From the NCBI RefSeq assembly GCF_006345805.1, contig NW_021832995.1, positions 11,484 through 75,483 on the forward strand: a DNA stretch of 64,000 nucleotides, given 5' to 3'. Position numbers and translations under genes: made by a program. The DNA is from Octopus sinensis (taxonomy: Eukaryota). Positions 37,008 through 51,450 of this stretch are shown in pieces. The notes below the pieces were generated by a model that was not told the DNA's origin, did not search any database, and saw only the letters and a list, made by a program, of their open reading frames with translations. How positions within the stretch are numbered: the first letter of the stretch is position 1; each line of letters starts with the position of its first letter.

Positions 37008-37541
37008 CATGTATATATACATATACATATATATATACATATGCATATATATATATAATACATATATATATACATATACATATATACATATATACATATA
37101 TGTATATACATATACATATATACATATACATATATATATATATACATATATTAGACATAATAACATATATATACATATATATATTATATATATATTATAC
37201 ATATACTATATATACATCATATATATATATATACATATATATACATATATATACATATATTATATATATATATACATATATATATATGATATATATGATA
37301 TTATATATATATATCATATATATATATATATAATATATATATAACAATATATATATATATATAATATATACATATATATATATATATATACATGTATATT
37401 ACATATACATATATATATACATATGCATATATATATTATAATACATATATTATACATATACATATATACATAATACATAAGTATATACATATACATATAT
37501 ACATATACATAATATATATATACATATATATATACATATAC

Positions 37542-37594
<53 letters not shown>

Positions 37595-37654
37595 CAATAT
37601 ACATATACATATATACATATATATACATATATATAATATATATATATATATGTA

Positions 37655-37707
<53 letters not shown>

Positions 37708-37711
<4 letters not shown>

Positions 37712-39399
37712 CATCAACATTGAAGATGATGATATCACACTAGCTATAGATGAGATTGACACAACTCAACTGCTGGACCTGATGGATTTCCAGCGATCCT
37801 TCTCAAATCGTGCAAACGAGCCCTTGAAAAACCGCTACAGCCTCTTTTTCAGAGCTTTCTTGCAAGTGGTAAGCTCCCAGTCAAATTGAAAGAGGGGGGA
37901 TATGCCCTATCCATAAGGGAGGTAGCAGAGCAGATGCTAAAACTTATAGGCATATCTCTCTGACCTCACACATCAGCAAAGTCATGGAACGAATAGTCCG
38001 CAAGAAACTAATCATGTTCCTTGAAGAAAATGACTTGCTGTCTGACACCCAGCATGGATTTCGACCAGGTAGAAGCTGCCTAACACAGCTCCTGCAACAC
38101 AATGACTGGGTGTTAAAACAGCTACTAAATGGGTCAAATGTGGATGTAATAGATCTCGACTATGCAAAAGCCTTTGATAAAGTAGACCATGGTATGATCT
38201 GTCACAAACTGCGTGGTCTCGGCATAGGCGGAAAACTTAGAGAGTGGCTGCACAACTTCCTAAAAGACAGAAGACAGGCAGTTGTGAGCAATGGAGCCAC
38301 ATCCAAGGAAACACAAATAACAAGCGGTGTTCCACAGAGCACTGTCTTGGGGCCACTGCTGTTCATAGTGGCCCTTTAAGACATGCCCTCAATTGCTCCG
38401 ATGGCCACATTTGCTAGCTATGCAGATGACACAAAAGTCTCCCACACAATACAAAACCCTGAAAATATTGCGCATCGGCAACAGGAGTTGGATAAAATAT
38501 ACAGGTGGGCGGAGGACAACACATGCAGTTAAATGCAGTAAGTTCCAGGCCCTGCGCTACCGGCACACAAAGGTAAACGACATGCAGACTGGATACACTG
38601 GCCCAGGAAGAATTGCAATCCCTGAGTCAAAATCAGTGCGTGACCTAGGCATTGACATGAGCAATGATGCATCTTTCCAAGTGCATATTACTAATCTGGT
38701 GATAAAATGCAGACGGCTAGCTGGATGGATTCTCCAAACTTTCAGAACAAGTGAGAAGAAGACACTGACGGTCCTCTGGAAAACATTCGTCCTCAGCCGC
38801 TTGGACTACTGCTCCCAACTATGGTCACCACACAATATAAAACTAACAGCAGAACTCGAAGCAATTCAGAGAAGCTACACAAAGAAGATCGTCTCAATGC
38901 AAAATATCAGCTACTTGGAAAGATTGAAAGCATTAAACCTCTTCTCCCTGGAGCGGAGGCGGGAAAGATATACATCTGGAAAATCCTGGAGGGTCTTATC
39001 CCAAACTTTGGCATTCGAAGCTACCCCAACCGCAGAACGGGGCGCCACTGCATGGTGCCAAAGATTCCAACGTCACCATCAAAATACAGGTCCAGATACT
39101 GCAACAGCTTGGGTTTCAGAGGACCACAGCTCTTTAGCATCCTCCCTAAATGTCTGAGAGACTTACATGGTGTGGATGTGGGTTTCTTTAAAACTAAACT
39201 GGATCTCTTCTTGTCGGGAGTCCCAGATGAACCTGTCTCACGGCAGGAGACGCAGATGCGGGCAGCAGCATCGAACTCCCTTGTTGATCAGGTGCCACGT
39301 ATCAGAGGTGGATTCACATATTAGTGTAGCTCATTCAGCGGTGGTGCCCCAACATGGCCGCGGCCTTCGGGCTAAAACATTTTAGGGATTTAAGGATTT

Positions 39400-39400
<1 letters not shown>
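37708..39400 (+). mobile_element. 5'-truncated CR1-group LINE (RT pseudogene)
   Basis: Motifs QHGFRPGRSC, LDYAKAFD, GVPQSTVLGPLLF, YADD and LDYCSQLWSP. Tail is (AGGATTT)-like. Confidence 0.92.
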
Positions 39401-39465
<65 letters not shown>

Positions 39466-39467
<2 letters not shown>

Positions 39468-39870
39468 TTGGCATCGAGAGTTACACAAATGCCAGAACTG
39501 GGCGCCACTGCGTGATGCCTAGGACTCCAAATTTGCCATCAAGATGTAGGACAAGATACCGTGATAGCCTGGGCTTCCGAGGCCCACAGCTCTTCAATAT
39601 CCTCCCGAAGAACCTAAGAGACCTACATGGGGTGGATGCAGATGTCTTCAAAATGAAGCTGGACCCCTTCCTGTCAGGTGTCCCAGATGAACCAACTTCA
39701 CGGCAGGAGGTGCAGATGAGGGCAGCTGCATCGAACTCTCTCATGCACCAAATGGCAGTTGCTAAAAAGCTTTCGTGAAGTAAAACCATGTAGCAACACC
39801 AAATGGCGGTGCCCCAGCATGGCCACAGCTCATGAGCTGAAACTAGAATGAATCAAATGAATCATGAATC
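39466..39870 (+). mobile_element. Short 3' fragment of a related CR1-group LINE
   Basis: SLGFRGPQLFNILPK...VPDEP, followed by a (GAATCA)-like tail. Confidence 0.9.
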
Positions 39871-39924
39871 ATATATATACATATATACATAATACACCTA
39901 TATATACATATATACATATATATA

Positions 39925-39966
<42 letters not shown>

Positions 39967-39996
39967 TACATATATACATATATATATACATATACG

Positions 39997-40545
39997 TATA
40001 AATAATTTTAAAAATAAGGGCAAAAGAAAAATTCTAATGCCAAATATGCCGAAAAAAAGACAAAATTGTCAATAACCATTATAATTTATGCGTCTCGAAA
40101 CAAACCGATAGAAATTTCTAAAAAAATCCGTTATTACCTTATTGGTCCCAATTTTGGATATATTTGGATATATTTTGGATATATTTGGGGTACTTAGGTC
40201 TGCTCAGGACTTAGTGCTTGCTTTTTCCATGGGTATAAGTAAGTATTTCACTTATATCTCACGTATTTAAAGTTGAAGAGGGGAAAATTCTTATGAATTA
40301 ACCCCGAAATTGGGACCAATACGGTAATAACGGATTTTTTAGAAATTTCTGTCGGCATACTTCAAGACACAATTAAACTATAAAGGTTATTGACAATTTT
40401 ATCGTTTTTTCGGTATATTTGGCATTAAAATTTTTCTATTGCCCTTATTTTGTAAATTATTTATAAATTTAACCTTTAAAGGTATTTTTGGATATGCTGG
40501 CCATTGATAAAATTTTTTCTCGAAAAAAATTTTACCCACAATATT
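39997..40545 (+). mobile_element. Fold-back PLE-like fragment (~160-bp arms) with HHR-like motif at 40273-40321
   Basis: 39997-40157 is inverted relative to 40304-40465. Motif reads UUGAAGA-GGGG..AAUUC(UUAU)GAAUU..CCCC-GAAA-UUGG(GA)CCAA-UA. Confidence 0.65.
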
Positions 40546-40568
40546 TACATATACATATATATATATAT

Positions 40569-40617
<49 letters not shown>

Positions 40618-41027
40618 CATATATACACATATATATAGATATACATATATATATACATATATATATATACTTACATACATATATATATATACAATCCCAC
40701 CATTTATTGATCTCTCTCTCTCTCTATATATATATATACATATATACACATATATATAGATATATACATATATATTAACATAATACATATATATATATAT
40801 ACTTACATACATATATAATATCTATATCATATATACATCTATATACAATTATATATATATATATATATATCTATATATACATATATATATTACGTATCAC
40901 ATACATATACATATATACATATATACATACATATATACATATATATATATACACCATATACTTATATATAATAATATATAAACATATATACATATATACA
41001 TATATATGTATATTTATATATCATACA

Positions 41028-43210
41028 TAGGCAAGTTTGAAGATTGCCTCACAAGAATTAAAGATATCCTCATGAATCTGGACACCACGTGACCATATTT
41101 CTTATGGGTGATTTCACACTCCCAACGCAAATGGCCCGAAGGTCACATACTCTCAGGAATGAATCATTGCAAGAAAGTACAGGTGGAGTCCGTGCTCAAC
41201 CTCACCAATGCCTTATTCATGGAGCAAGTTGTACTCAAGCCAACTAGGGCGAATAACATTCTGGTCTCTGCTTCACGAACAATATGGACATCATTCATGA
41301 TGTGAAAGTGACACCGACATCAGTTTCGGATCAACCATAATAGAGCTGTCTATGTTTGGGCCGAAAGTAACCAGAGACATACAGCCTAAAGGAAGCACCC
41401 GAAATCTCCAATCTGACTTCCACAAAGCAGATTGGAAATCGATCCAAAAAGAGATCCTCAGAGAGGACTGGCCGGAATGTCTCTCCACACCAGACATTGA
41501 CATGAAACTAGAATGTTTCATGTCTTCTGTGCAGCCGTATGCCAGAAATATGTCCCAGAGCACAAGGCCAAAACAAATAGGAGCAAGATTCCAAGAGACA
41601 GGAAGATCTTATGAGACGACGGACGAAGGTTGCAAATCGTCTCAACCAACATCCCAAAAGTAGCGAAACGTCCCGCCTAAAAAAAACAACACTGGGAGAT
41701 CGAAAAAAGGCAGCGACAATCCTATGTGAAGGAGAAAGACAAAGAAAGCCTGGTTTATAAAAAACATTAAATCAAACCCAAAGGCCTTCTTTCATTACGC
41801 GCAAGAACAGTCTCAGTGCACTACAAGATAGGATCCCTCCTCCAAAAGTGATACCCAGTGATACCCAGCATGGTTTTCGACCAGATAGGAGCTGCCTGAC
41901 CCAGCTCTTACAACATTATGACTGAGTGTTGAGGCAGTTACTCAATAAATCAAATGTGGACGGAATCTACTTTGATTTTGCAAAAGCTTTTGACAAGGTG
42001 GATCATGGTATGATATGACACAAACTGCGTGACCTCGGCATAGCTGGAAAACTTGGAGTGTGGTTGCATGACTTCCTGAAAAATAGGAGTCAGGCAGTAG
42101 TGGTTAATGGAACCACCTCTATGAACACACAAATAGTGAGCGGTGTTCCACGGGGCACTGTCTTGGGACCACTGCTTTTTATAGTGGCCCTCTCAGATAT
42201 GCCCTCAAATGCCCGGATAGCCACTCTGGCCAGCTATGCAGACGATACGAAAGTCTCTCATAAAATACCGAACCCAGCGATTTTGCACACCTGCAGCAGG
42301 AATTGGACTCAATCTACAGATGGGCTGAGGATAATAATATGCAGTTTAATGCTGAAATTCCAGCCTCTGCTACCAGCATCCAAAACTGAATATTAAACTT
42401 ACAGGATACACAGGTCCACAGGGAATTTCAATCCCAGACCCTAAGTCTGTGAGGGACCTGGGTATCAACATGAGTGATGATACCTTTTTCCAAGTGCACA
42501 TTACCAGGATGGCGACAAAGTGCAGACGGCTGGCTGGGTGGATCCTAAGAACATTCAGAATCAGTGATAAGGAAACCATGATGGTCCTCTGGCGGACATT
42601 CGTCCTCAGCCGCCTGGATTACTGCTCACAGCTATGGTCACCCACCAGTGTAAAATTAATAGCGGACCTTGAAGCAATCCAGAGAAGATTCACAAAGAAG
42701 ATCGTCTCTTTGCAACAGCTCAGGTACTGGGAAAGGTTGAAACAGCTAAGACTCTACTCCCTGGAGAGAAGACGGGAGAGGTATGCAGTAATATATGTCT
42801 GGAAGATCCTGGAAGGAATTGTGCCAAATTTTGGCATTGCAAGCTACACCAATGCTAGAACGGGACGACACTGCATAGTGCCAAAGATTCCAGCAATGCC
42901 ATCACGCTTCAGGACCAGCTTCTGCAACAGCCTGGGTTTCAAGGGCCCACAGCTTTTTAATATTCTCCCAAAGAGTCTGAGGATCTTTCACAAAGTAGAT
43001 GTAGCGGTTTTTAAATCAAAGCTGGACATCTTCTTGTCAAGAATCCCAGATGAACCTACCTCACGGCAAGAGGTGCAAATGAGAGTAGCTATATCAAACT
43101 CCATTCTTCACCAAGTGCCACATATCAGACGAGGTTCTTCGTAATAACAGTGTAGCACAAAACGGCAGTGCATCAGCATGGCTGCAGCTCTGAGCTGAAA
43201 CTAGAGAAAA
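41028..43210 (+). mobile_element. CR1-group LINE with APE remnant, internal deletion and RT
   Basis: MGDF and SDQ (SDH) remnants, then a jump at about 41850 to DTQHGFR, DFAKAFD and YADD. Confidence 0.9.
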
Positions 43211-43387
43211 AAATATACATATATATACATTATACATTATATATATATATATATATTATATATTATATATATATATATATACATATATATAAATATATAA
43301 TATACATATATATACATATATATATACATATACATATATATACATATATATATATATACATATATAACATATATGTATATATATACA

Positions 43388-43465
<78 letters not shown>

Positions 43466-43873
43466 TACGGATGGATGGAAGAAATAGTATAAAGTAAACA
43501 ACATGAACTAAACGATTTATGTATTTATAAATAAATATAATTGCATTATAGTCAAGCCGTTGCCTAAACTTTGACAAATGATGCATCAAAGTAGAGAATG
43601 AGGTCGGCTGCATTTTACACATCTGACTATTGAATTAACATTTATTTAGCTGCATGTCAGTGCAGCTCTGCACGAATGCCTCGCTGCATTTATGTCATTT
43701 CCTGGAAATATTTACGGCTGTTAATACGCAGATGTGAGATGTGTATTCAGATCTACTTTGCAAGCATGTTGCGTTTGAGTGTATATGTGCATATAAGTAT
43801 ATACACATACACGTTATATAGATATATATATATATATCTATATATATATATATTATATATGATATATATAGAT

Positions 43874-43910
<37 letters not shown>

Positions 43911-44014
43911 TGAGATGTATATATACATACATGTATACATACAGAGTGTATACATACAGGTATCTGTCCTAAGATATTTGAGGACAGATTTATGTTTATA
44001 AAAATAATGATATA

Positions 44015-44212
44015 TACTCTTTAACTCTTTTACTTGTTTCAGTCATTTGACTGTGACCATGTTGGAGCACCGCCTTTAGTCGAGAAAAGGGACCCCAGGA
44101 CTTATTCTTTGTAAGCCTAGTACGTATTCTATCGGTCTCTTTTGCCGAACCGCTAAGTTACGGGGGACATAAACACACCAGCATCAGTTGTCAAGCGATG
44201 TCTGGAGGACAG

Positions 44213-44277
<65 letters not shown>

Positions 44278-44445
44278 CATATATACGACGGGATTCTTTC
44301 AGTTTCCGTCTACCAAATCCACTCACAAGGTTTTGGTTGGCCCGACGCTCTTGTAGAAGACACTTGCCGAAGGTACAACCCAGTGGGACTGAACTCGGAA
44401 CCATGTGGTTGGTAAGCAAGCTACTTACCACGCCGCCACTCCTAC
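44015..44445 (-). mobile_element. SINE family A
   Basis: Full-length reverse-complement copy. Confidence 0.9.
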
Positions 44446-44499
44446 ATCTTGTAGCCACTCCTTTATTTATCAAAAAATATGAGTATAAAAATAAATTAT

Positions 44500-45005
44500 T
44501 TTCTGTAATGCTATTCAATAAAACCACCTTCAGCTTCAACGTGAGAGCTAAATCATCTGCATACTCGAATCAAGTGGTTCTGGTTCATTTTGGACATTAC
44601 TATGACTATGGTAGCTTTCAAAGAATCTGGAGTTATAGGCATGTTCATTGACCTCTCTCTTAACAACACTCCACATTTAATAATCCAATGAGATCTGGGG
44701 AATTAGGAGGCCAAATGTTAGGGGTTATGTGATCATAAAAATGTTCAACCATCCATTCCTGTGTTACAAGAGCCATGTGCGTTAGTGCAGAGTCTTACGG
44801 AAACACATAAGGCCTCCCATTGCAAACACTGGCTTTACAATTATTAACAGGACATCAATGTAGGCGGCAGAGTTAACTCTAAGGGCTTGTGGAAAGAAAC
44901 AAGGAGGCATCACATGTCCTTCGTCGCTGACAACTCCTGAAACCATGGCAGTAGCAGGAAATTTTGTATGCATAACACTTGGAACTTCAGAAGGATCTGC
45001 AATAA
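44500..45005 (-). pseudogene. Decayed maT/DD37D-like transposase fragment
   Basis: TKFPATAMVSGVVSDEGHVMPP..FPQALRVN, followed by WPPNSPDL in another frame. Confidence 0.75.
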
Positions 45006-45422
45006 TCTTAGCTTTGTTTTTCCTTGGGACTTGCCAGATTAAAGCAATCTCAAGAATAATCAACCGAAATTGCGAGGATAACCTTGTGCTTGACTGAGGA
45101 TAGAGGGCTGCCAATGACCCGTCCTTGTTTTCTTTGTAGCGTCTATCTAGATGTTTTGTTGTCCCTGGATGTTATTCATTCTTGTCCAATTTGTATTATA
45201 TATATATGTATATTTGGCGTACGTACACTTTGGTTTCTTATATGTAAGTACACATATTTATATATACTTATAAGTATATATATACGTAATATGTGTCGTA
45301 TGTATATATATATGTGCAACACACACACACATATATATATTACATATAAATATATATATATATATATACATATTATATATATACATATATATATATAGAT
45401 ATTATATATATATATATATATT

Positions 45423-45461
<39 letters not shown>

Positions 45462-45464
45462 TAT

Positions 45465-45506
<42 letters not shown>

Positions 45507-45725
45507 TATATACATATATATATTAAAAAAAAGGAGATGTCGAACACGAGTGGTGGTGATATAAAAAAAGGAATGAAGAATGCTGACAAATAATTGAAGT
45601 AGTAATTTAGTATTTAATTAGGTGAAAGTTCTTTTTACCGGTTGCGCATTTGTTATGCTTATCAAAATATAAAAGAGAGATTAGAGTTCCTTTCTTGGAT
45701 ATATATATATAATATATATATAATC

Positions 45726-45756
<31 letters not shown>

Positions 45757-45918
45757 GTATATATATAGGTATATATTATATACATATATATATACATATA
45801 TATATACATATATATATACACATATATATACATATATATATCACATATATATACTATATATATACATATACATATATATCTATATATTATATATAAACAT
45901 ACATACACAGACACACAT

Positions 45919-45949
<31 letters not shown>

Positions 45950-45983
45950 CATACATACACAGACCACATTAATATATATAGAT

Positions 45984-46036
<53 letters not shown>

Positions 46037-46482
46037 TACATACATACAGAGACACACATTTATACAATTATGTAGGGGTATGTATGTTGTATTACATACA
46101 CATTTAGTAATTTATGATGTGTAGTAACGAAAAAACGGAAGGGAATGCATGAAGCAGGAGAGAATAAAATAATAAAAAAGGAGATTGAAGATAATAGAGT
46201 GAAAGTGAAACATCGGTATTATCTCGTTGGTATTTTCTTCAGGTTAATAAAGCTATTATGACGGACATGTTGCAACACTACCTTCTTTTATGTGTACACA
46301 CACTCGGGGGCACAGGCGAACACAAACACACACACAAATATATATATATATATATATACACACACATATGTATATATGTATAAATGAGTATATATATATA
46401 TGCATGTATGTATCTAATATATATGTGTGTGTGGTTATGCGCATGTATTATATATATATTATATATATATATATATATGTGC

Positions 46483-46532
<50 letters not shown>

Positions 46533-46848
46533 ATATGTATATATAAATAGATACATATATATAGATATAATGATAGGTACATAAAAACATACACACTCTA
46601 TATATCACATACATACATATAGATATATTCATATGTATATATATATATATATATAGATATATATATATATATACATACATACACATACATACGTGTGTGT
46701 TTGTGTGTGTGTATCTATCTGTATACGTATATTTATATATATGCACACACTTATATTCAGAACATATATATATATATACTTTTAAACTTATATATGTGTG
46801 CGTGTGTGTTCGTGAGTGTCTGTGCACATTAGCATATATGTATGTATG

Positions 46849-46882
<34 letters not shown>

Positions 46883-47916
46883 GACAAACACATGCATGTG
46901 TGTGTATTTTTGCTTCTTTTTCTTCACATAGCAAAACAAATGACGCTTGGCAACAGGAAGGTCATCTGCCGGAGAAAATTTGCATCAACGAATTAGAAAA
47001 GCTTGACAAAGCTGATCTGTGTGCATTTATATGTGTCTGTAGGTGGCTCTCTTGTTTTAAGATAATCAGGATTTCGTAAGCGATGCTGAAGATATCGTTT
47101 TTTGAAAGTCTCTCCATCTATCTCTGGATTAAAAAGACAATATTGATTGATGCTAAATGTTTTAAATTGTACTTGGTGGAAGCAAGTAGCCCTGTCGTTT
47201 ATGATCTTAACTCTCATTCACCGCTACGCAGCAGGAGTGTGTGTTTAAAGGAAAGAAACTTAGAGCACTGCTTACACTCCGAAATGAGTTCGGGTCTTTT
47301 GTTTAAAACTACGATGTAGGGGGTTAAAAATATGACGTTTCTCTGTGAGACACAAATTTCAGCATTTCAGAATGTTCGTATCACTTGCAGGAACATTCCA
47401 AAATAATACGAGTCAAGCTTATAATATTCACTAAGTGATGCTGGTCGTTTCTTCTTTTTATCCTTTCAGCTGCAAATGTATATAAGTGATGAGAAGGACT
47501 TGCGATGATGGAATAAATGGAATTGTTGCATGCATGTTTTAATGGATGCATTGTGAGCGTGTGTGTTTTTGTGTGTGTATATGTGTGTGTGCGTAATTGC
47601 GTAAATCGAAGAATCTCATATCATCTACTTTATACTGCTTGATATTGATGTAATATATTCCAGGTTATACCTGGCGTACATTACGCATATCTCTACACAA
47701 GAGACAGATTTCTTCAGTAAAAAACTGAATCTTGGATGAATTACTTCGAAGTGTTAAGAATTAAAGATATGACTGATGCTTTAATCTTACTCTTCTTAAG
47801 TATTGATAGCCCACCTGCCTATCTACTATGTATAGAGGAATTAGGAGTGCAGGTGTATGTCTTTTAATGTATACATGTATATGTAAATACATGTGTGTGT
47901 ATGTATGTGAAATATA

Positions 47917-47954
<38 letters not shown>

Positions 47955-47956
<2 letters not shown>

Positions 47957-48362
47957 TTACTCTCTTATTCTTTTACTTGTTCAATCATTTGAGTGCGGCC
48001 ATGCTGGAGTACCGCCTTTAGTCGAGCAAATCGACCCCAGAGCTTATTCTTTGTAAGCCTAGTACTTATTCTATCCTTCTCTTTTGCTGAAACGCTAAGT
48101 TATGAGGACTTTAACACACCAGCATCGGTTGTTAAGCAATGTTGGGAGGAGGGACAAACAGACACACAAACATATACACACATACATATACATGTATATA
48201 TACACATATACGTCGGGTTTCTTCCAGTCTCCGTTTACCAAATCCACTCACAAGGCTTTGGTTGGCCCGAGGCTATAGTAGAAGATACTTGCCCAGTGGG
48301 ACTGAACCCGGAACCATGTGGTTGGTAAGCAAGCTACTTACCACACAGCCACTCCTGCGCCT
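47955..48362 (-). mobile_element. SINE family A
   Basis: Full-length reverse-complement copy. Confidence 0.9.
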
Positions 48363-48414
48363 ATATATATAAGAGAACAAAGTGTACGTAAGCCGCTTTA
48401 TATACATATATATA

Positions 48415-48449
<35 letters not shown>

Positions 48450-49704
48450 CAAATATAGTACATACAAAGATGGGTTGAAGAAGAGAAAAAGCTGTTCCTT
48501 TAATATATATTGAAAGAACGACTAGTTTTGTTTTTTATCTTTATCTTTTATTGAAGTTTTGTTTTATTTCCGCGTAATTTCTTTGGAATCCTAATCTTAT
48601 TTCGAATCCTAATCTTCGCTTCATATGCTTCTAAATGATGTGATTGGAGTTACTGACAGTATTTATACATACAAATTATAGTTAACAGGACTGATTCTTT
48701 GCTAGTGGTGATACTAGCGACAGTTATCGTTTCGGAGACATATATAAAAAGAGAGAGAGAGGGGAAGAGAGAGAGAGAGAAAAGAACTCAAAAGAAAAAT
48801 AGGTAGACCCCATATTGACAAGTGTAGAGTGGGTTGAACGACAATACTTTGAAAATTAGTTTCACGTAACACTCCTATTCGTTTGCATTTAGAAATAATA
48901 GTAATACAATATCAAACTTTAAATGCGTTTAGCCATCAAAAAGAGAAATGATGAGTGACAAACAGAGTGAGTGAGTGAAAAGAATTGAAAGAATTGATAC
49001 CAGTATTGGATGGTATTTTATCTATCGGTTCAAAAATGCTGAGGGGCAAAACTGACATCGATAGATTTCGAACTCTGAACGAACCAAGCAGGAATGAATT
49101 CGACGAGGAATTCTATTCTGCTCTTTAAAAAGTCTTTCAACTTGCCATCTGTAGATAAAAGAAATGAAAAGTTACTTTCACTTTCATTCCTTTCATATTT
49201 GATATCATGTCGATATTATAACCTGAATGATATCGGCAAACTACAAACGAGAGAAATCAAGATTCATTTCAATTCTAGACAGTTTCCGGCACACTGCTAT
49301 TGACCCGCTAAAAACTTATAACCTAGGTCACAGTTTTAGAGAGATGATGGCTCTGATAGGTTTAAAGTACCCATGATACACCGTCTGTTACGAGAGCTGC
49401 CCTAAAGCTAGCTCCATCAGGAGTTGAGCATACAAAGAATTAGCATCGTCAGTATATCAAGTGACAAGGGCAAGTCTGATATGCGTACATACCTCTAGGA
49501 GGTACATAACAAACGCCCACAGTACAAAATAATAGCATGCCTGTGCACCGGATATGCACAGCACCAGGAAACATTGCAACTGTGGTACGAGAAACATTAT
49601 GTAACCTGAAATTCAAACGTATAACGACATATTATCTCATGTTATACAAAACAGCGAACTGCAAGAATCGGTAGAGGAACGAAATAATGCCTACCTTGCC
49701 ATAT

Positions 49705-50182
49705 TTACTCTTTTACTCTTTTACTTGGTTCAGTCATTTGACTGCGGCCATGCTGGAGCACCGCCTTTAGTCGAGCAAATCGACCCCAGGACTTATTCTT
49801 TGTAAGCCTAGTACTTATTCTATCGGTCTCTTTTGCCGGACCGCTAAGTTACGGGGACGTAAGCCCACCAGCATCGGTTGTCAAGTGATGTTGGGGGACA
49901 AACAGAGACACACAAACACACACATCTATGTACATATACATATATACGACGGTCTTCTTTCAGTTTCCGTCTACCAAGCGATGTTGGGGGGAGGCAAACA
50001 GACACACAAACATATACCCACACATACATATACATATACGACGGGCTTCTTCCACTCAAAAGGCTTTGGTCGGCCCGAGGCTATAGTAGAAGACACTTGC
50101 CGAAGGTACCCCGCAGTGGGACTGAACCCGGAACCATGTTTTTGGCAAGCAAGCAACTTACCAAACAGCCACTACTGCGCCT
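49705..50182 (-). mobile_element. SINE family A with internal ~95-bp duplication
   Basis: The segment CAAG(C/T)GATGTTGGGG...ATATACGACGG(T/G)CTTCTT is present twice. Confidence 0.9.
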
Positions 50183-50289
50183 ATAAGAATATTTAGCGAT
50201 ATTCTGTTTTCGAATCACGTCGAAATCATCTTTACTTTTTGTTTAACCGAGATCGAAAAAATATAAATTGAGTAGAGTAATCCGGTTAT

Positions 50290-50612
50290 ATTCACAACAA
50301 CACACTGCAGACAATAGACAAGGTGGATTCTAGAATTTAGACCAAGATAACAAGAAATATTGTTGATTTGATCTTTCTGGCAGTCATTTCTGTTCGTTTT
50401 ATATTCGTAACAACATACCGCAGACAACAAGCAAGGCGAATGCTCGAATTTAAATCATGACAACAAGAAATGTTGTTGGTCTTCCTGGCAGTCACCTGTG
50501 TTCGTTATACATTAGCAACCATATTCTCCAGACAGTAGATAATGTGGCCGCTAAAATTTGTACCAAGAGATCAAGAAATGATTTTGGTCTTTCTGCATAT
50601 CGTTTGCCTTCA
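50290..50612. repeat. Three diverged ~108-113-bp tandem units
   Basis: CAGAC anchors at 50308, 50421 and 50529, with a shared CAAGAAAT..TTG.TCTT.CTG motif. Confidence 0.75.
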
Positions 50613-51044
50613 GTTGAGTAGATTATCAGTAATAGCTAGGATCTTTTCATATAATGTGGAACTCATTACAGGACTCTAATCAATTCACTGATCCTGCATT
50701 TAAAAGATATTATCTTTATGTAATAATTGACTTCTAAGAGAGTTACAATGGTTTAAAATCTTCTGCGGCCCAAGATCCCAGATAAGCTAATACCACGGCA
50801 AGAAACTCAATTGAGGGCAGCAATATCGAATTACCTCATTCATCGAAAGCCAACCAAATAGCAATGCTTGCTGAAAAGGCGATGTTACTGATGATGCCCC
50901 AGTATGAAACACATAAAGGAATAAGGGAATAAATGTAAATATGATATATATATTATCCGAGATGTATAGTATTAAATATCCATCACGGCTGGTCTTACGG
51001 TTTCGCGTAAAGAAATACTAAATCAAATTTCACACAATATAATA

Positions 51045-51375
51045 TATATATAAAAATTAGAAAAAAACTACCTTTTATCAATTCAAAATGACCAATTAAA
51101 TTACACCATCTAGAAAATTACATATGATAGAAATATTAAAATTAAAATAACAATAAAATATCAGTAATTAAGTAAATTGCAAAAAAATAAAATAAAAAAT
51201 AATAATAGGTACCTATTATATACGCTTTTATTATTCTTTTTACAATTTACATAATTATTCATATTTTATTGTTATTTTAATTTTAATATTTCTATTATAT
51301 GTAATTTTCTAGATGGTATAATTTAATTGTTCATTTTGAATTGATAAAAGGTGTTTTTTTACTAATTATATATAT
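51045..51375. repeat. AT-rich fold-back palindrome (~155-bp arms)
   Basis: Arms centre near ATAATAGGTACCTATTAT (about 51210) and are flanked by (TA)n. Confidence 0.88.
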
Positions 51376-51377
51376 AT

Positions 51378-51442
<65 letters not shown>

Positions 51443-51450
<8 letters not shown>

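Noticed and set aside
50885-50915. CTGATGA...GAAAC hammerhead-like pair
   Set aside because: Stems I and III and the cleavage triplet do not form.
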